Below, in pieces: positions 39,601-41,286 of a DNA stretch of 41,286 nt; the first letter of the stretch is position 1; the number at the start of each line of letters is the position of its first letter. The DNA is from a virus. The stretch is taken from IMG/VR virus record IMGVR_UViG_3300045988_132604; one strand, written 5' to 3'. Both the position numbers and the translations under genes were made by a program. The notes below the pieces were generated by a model. The model was not told the DNA's origin, did not search any database, and saw nothing but the letters and a program-made list of their open reading frames with translations.

Positions 39601-39676
39601 CCCCCGGCAGATGTTTTACAGCGTGTGCCAGCAAAAAGGCATAGACCCTGAAAGCATCTTGTCCCAAATCCGATAA
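39458..39676 (+). CDS. Small Q/M-rich hypothetical protein (72 aa)
   Basis: GGAGG RBS 9 nt upstream. Confidence 0.6.
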   Translation: MTNPILQAMKAGGQQTPQISPQLIAQAKSMMGMPAQMQQVMRMLGGRDPRQMFYSVCQQKGIDPESILSQIR

Positions 39677-39722
39677 ATCACGCGCGATTTATATACCAAA
39701 AAAATATGAAGGAGAAAAGACA

Positions 39723-40346
39723 ATGGATAATGTACCCTCTTTGGCGGATATCGCCGCCGTAACGGACAAAAACGACGGCCTTGGCGGCAGCATGGGCGGA
39801 GGTTTTTGGATTTTTGCGTTGATTATACTTTTTGCCATGATGGGCAACGGCTTTGGCGGCTGGGGCAATCGCGGCAACGGTGACTACGGCCAGTACGCGA
39901 CCGCAGCGACGCAGCAGGAAATCCTTTTCGGCCAGCATTTTGGCCAGCTTAATGACCGCTTGACCAACATCGGCAACGGCATATGCAGCCTTGGCTACGA
40001 TATGCAGGGCAATATCGGCCAGCTTGGGAAAGAAATGGCGCTGGCACAGAATGGCACGAATATGATCGTTATGCAGTCCGCGAACGGCATACAGTCCCAG
40101 ATGGCGGACTGCTGCTGCGCCGTGCAGCGCGGCATGGATGCCATCAACGCCAATATCGACGCAAAATTTGCGGCACTCGAAAAGGCGCAGCTTGAGCAGC
40201 GCATAGCCCAGCTTGAGCAGGCTAATAACCAGCTTTTTGTCCGCGAGCAGCTGACGGGCGTGGTACGCTACCCCAACGGCTACACCTATAACGCCGGAAA
40301 TAGCCCGTTTTGCGGCAACGGCTGTGGCAGCCCCTGCTGCTGCTAA
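39723..40346 (+). CDS. Membrane protein with Gly-rich flanks, a coiled coil and a Cys-rich C-terminus
   Basis: TM helix GGGFWIFALIILFAMMGNGFGGWGNRGNG. Also ADCCCAVQRG, LEQRIAQLEQANNQL and the C-terminal CGNGCGSPCCC. Confidence 0.65.
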   Translation: MDNVPSLADIAAVTDKNDGLGGSMGGGFWIFALIILFAMMGNGFGGWGNRGNGDYGQYATAATQQEILFGQHFGQLNDRLTNIGNGICSLGYDMQGNIGQLGKEMALAQNGTNMIVMQSANGIQSQMADCCCAVQRGMDAINANIDAKFAALEKAQLEQRIAQLEQANNQLFVREQLTGVVRYPNGYTYNAGNSPFCGNGCGSPCCC

Positions 40347-40379
40347 CGCACGACACCATCCGGCATTGCCGTGACTATC

Positions 40380-40398
40380 GGGGCGGCTTGACCGCCCC
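40380..40398 (+). promoter_or_regulatory. Hairpin between cargo genes
   Basis: ggggcgg cttga ccgcccc followed by ttgatt, a weak U-tract. Confidence 0.35.
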
Positions 40399-40420
40399 TT
40401 GATTATGAAAGGAGAAAATT

Positions 40421-40831
40421 ATGGCTTGTAAAAACATATGCCAGCTTTGCCCCCGCCTGATTATATCCCAGTCCGTGACATTTGTGGCGGGTACTGGGCT
40501 TATCATCAATCTGCCCGCAGGAGTATACGCCAACGGCGAAAAATATTGCATCGTAGTGGCGCAGAGCATACCGGACACTACCACCATATCCGCGCCCGTA
40601 TATATCACCATCGGCACAGGCACGGCACAGTATCCCCTGATAAACCGCTGCTGCGCACAGGTGACCGCGTGCAGCATGCGCAAGCGCACCAAATACAGCA
40701 CCGTGGTATCCACCACCCCCACGGGCGGGACTTTTAAGCTGCTCGGCAACCCGCCTTGTGCACCCAATAACGACCTTACGGGGCTGACCGGCGGCACGGT
40801 TGCCACCGTGGCGGAGGCGGCTAAAAAATGA
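40421..40831 (+). CDS. Cys-rich, beta-rich small protein (136 aa)
   Basis: AAAGGAG RBS. N-terminal CKNICQLC, internal CC..C, and Thr/Gly/Val-rich stretches. Confidence 0.65.
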   Translation: MACKNICQLCPRLIISQSVTFVAGTGLIINLPAGVYANGEKYCIVVAQSIPDTTTISAPVYITIGTGTAQYPLINRCCAQVTACSMRKRTKYSTVVSTTPTGGTFKLLGNPPCAPNNDLTGLTGGTVATVAEAAKK

Positions 40832-41136
40832 AGCTAATTAATGACCTGTCCGACCAGATTTGCGAAGAAATCGCAGACGCTGAAAAGTATGCTAAGTGGG
40901 CGCTTGCGGTCAAGGACGATATGCCGACCGTAGCGCAGACCCTGTACACCATATCGGGGCAGGAGCTGACCCACGCATCCATGCTGCACGACCTTGTAGC
41001 CCGCGCTATATCGGACTACAAGGCGAAGCATGGCGACCCTCCCGCCGATATGCTGACGCTGTACAAATATTTGCACGGCAAGCAGATAGACAAGACGGAA
41101 CGTGTAAAAAGGTATCAGGAAATGTACAAGGCGTAA
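40828..41136 (+). CDS. Four-helix-bundle (ferritin-like / Coat F-like) protein
   Basis: ATGA overlap. EEIADAEKYAKWA....GQELTHASMLHDLV pattern (E..DA..Y...E..H). Confidence 0.5.
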   Translation: MKLINDLSDQICEEIADAEKYAKWALAVKDDMPTVAQTLYTISGQELTHASMLHDLVARAISDYKAKHGDPPADMLTLYKYLHGKQIDKTERVKRYQEMYKA

Positions 41137-41155
41137 TCTATTTACGCCAACCCCC

Positions 41156-41175
41156 GGCAACTTTGCGGCAACTTT
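41156..41175. repeat. Tandem GGCAACTTT x2, partner of 208..227
   Basis: ggcaactttgcggcaacttt straddles the start of the terminal repeat. Confidence 0.45.
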
Positions 41176-41286
41176 TTATTGCGCGTCCGTGCTAACGGCT
41201 GTTTGTGAAAATGCCTAAATATCTATGGTTTGTGGTACAATTACGTACTTTTGTGGGCAAAAAATCCAAGTAGCTGCCGGATACCA
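41168..41286. repeat. 119-bp exact direct terminal repeat, copy 2
   Basis: Identical to bases 1-119. Confidence 0.9.

Overview
The window is a complete temperate siphovirus-type phage genome of about 41.2 kb. Bases 1-119 are identical to 41168-41286, so it is either a circular contig with overlapping ends or a short terminal redundancy. GC content and Shine-Dalgarno usage suggest a Clostridia-like Firmicute host; this is inference only.

Modules, in map order:
- Minus-strand lysogeny block: tyrosine integrase, DEDDh exonuclease-BRCT, membrane-anchored XRE protein, CI-like repressor.
- Divergent early operon: Cro-like gene, HTH proteins, Gp157, Rad52-like annealase, NinB-like protein, SSB, DnaD-like organizer with embedded iterons, DnaC-like loader, VRR-NUC nuclease.
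- A block of small modular genes: DUF551 paralogs and a duplicated Cys-rich module.
- Sigma-region-4-like regulator and an N6-adenine methyltransferase with an (AEKAA)n repeat.
- A small minus-strand J-domain unit with back-to-back consensus promoters.
- PAPS-reductase-like gene, then TerS and TerL.
- Head, neck and tail genes, including a low-GC moron inside the tail module.
- Tail fibre and glycine-rich genes.
- Lysis cassette with a three-domain endolysin.
- An accessory region next to attP.

The most unusual signal is a non-coding cassette at 37048-37238, bounded by a promoter and a terminator. It carries two diverged type I-C CRISPR-repeat mimics, each a hairpin followed by an 11-nt GGATTGAAAY handle, separated by 33 nt. 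No cas genes are present in the window. Next to it lie two operons driven by duplicated operator-bearing promoters, which encode small acidic or zinc-ribbon proteins and an RHH protein. Together these look like a possible anti-defence locus. A terminator-bounded five-gene cluster of Cys/Gly-rich proteins follows.

Several genes show frame breaks, two of them (J-domain gene, 36766/36783) at short A-runs. These are either homopolymer sequencing errors or slippage sites. All functional calls come from motif recognition by eye; no database search was possible.
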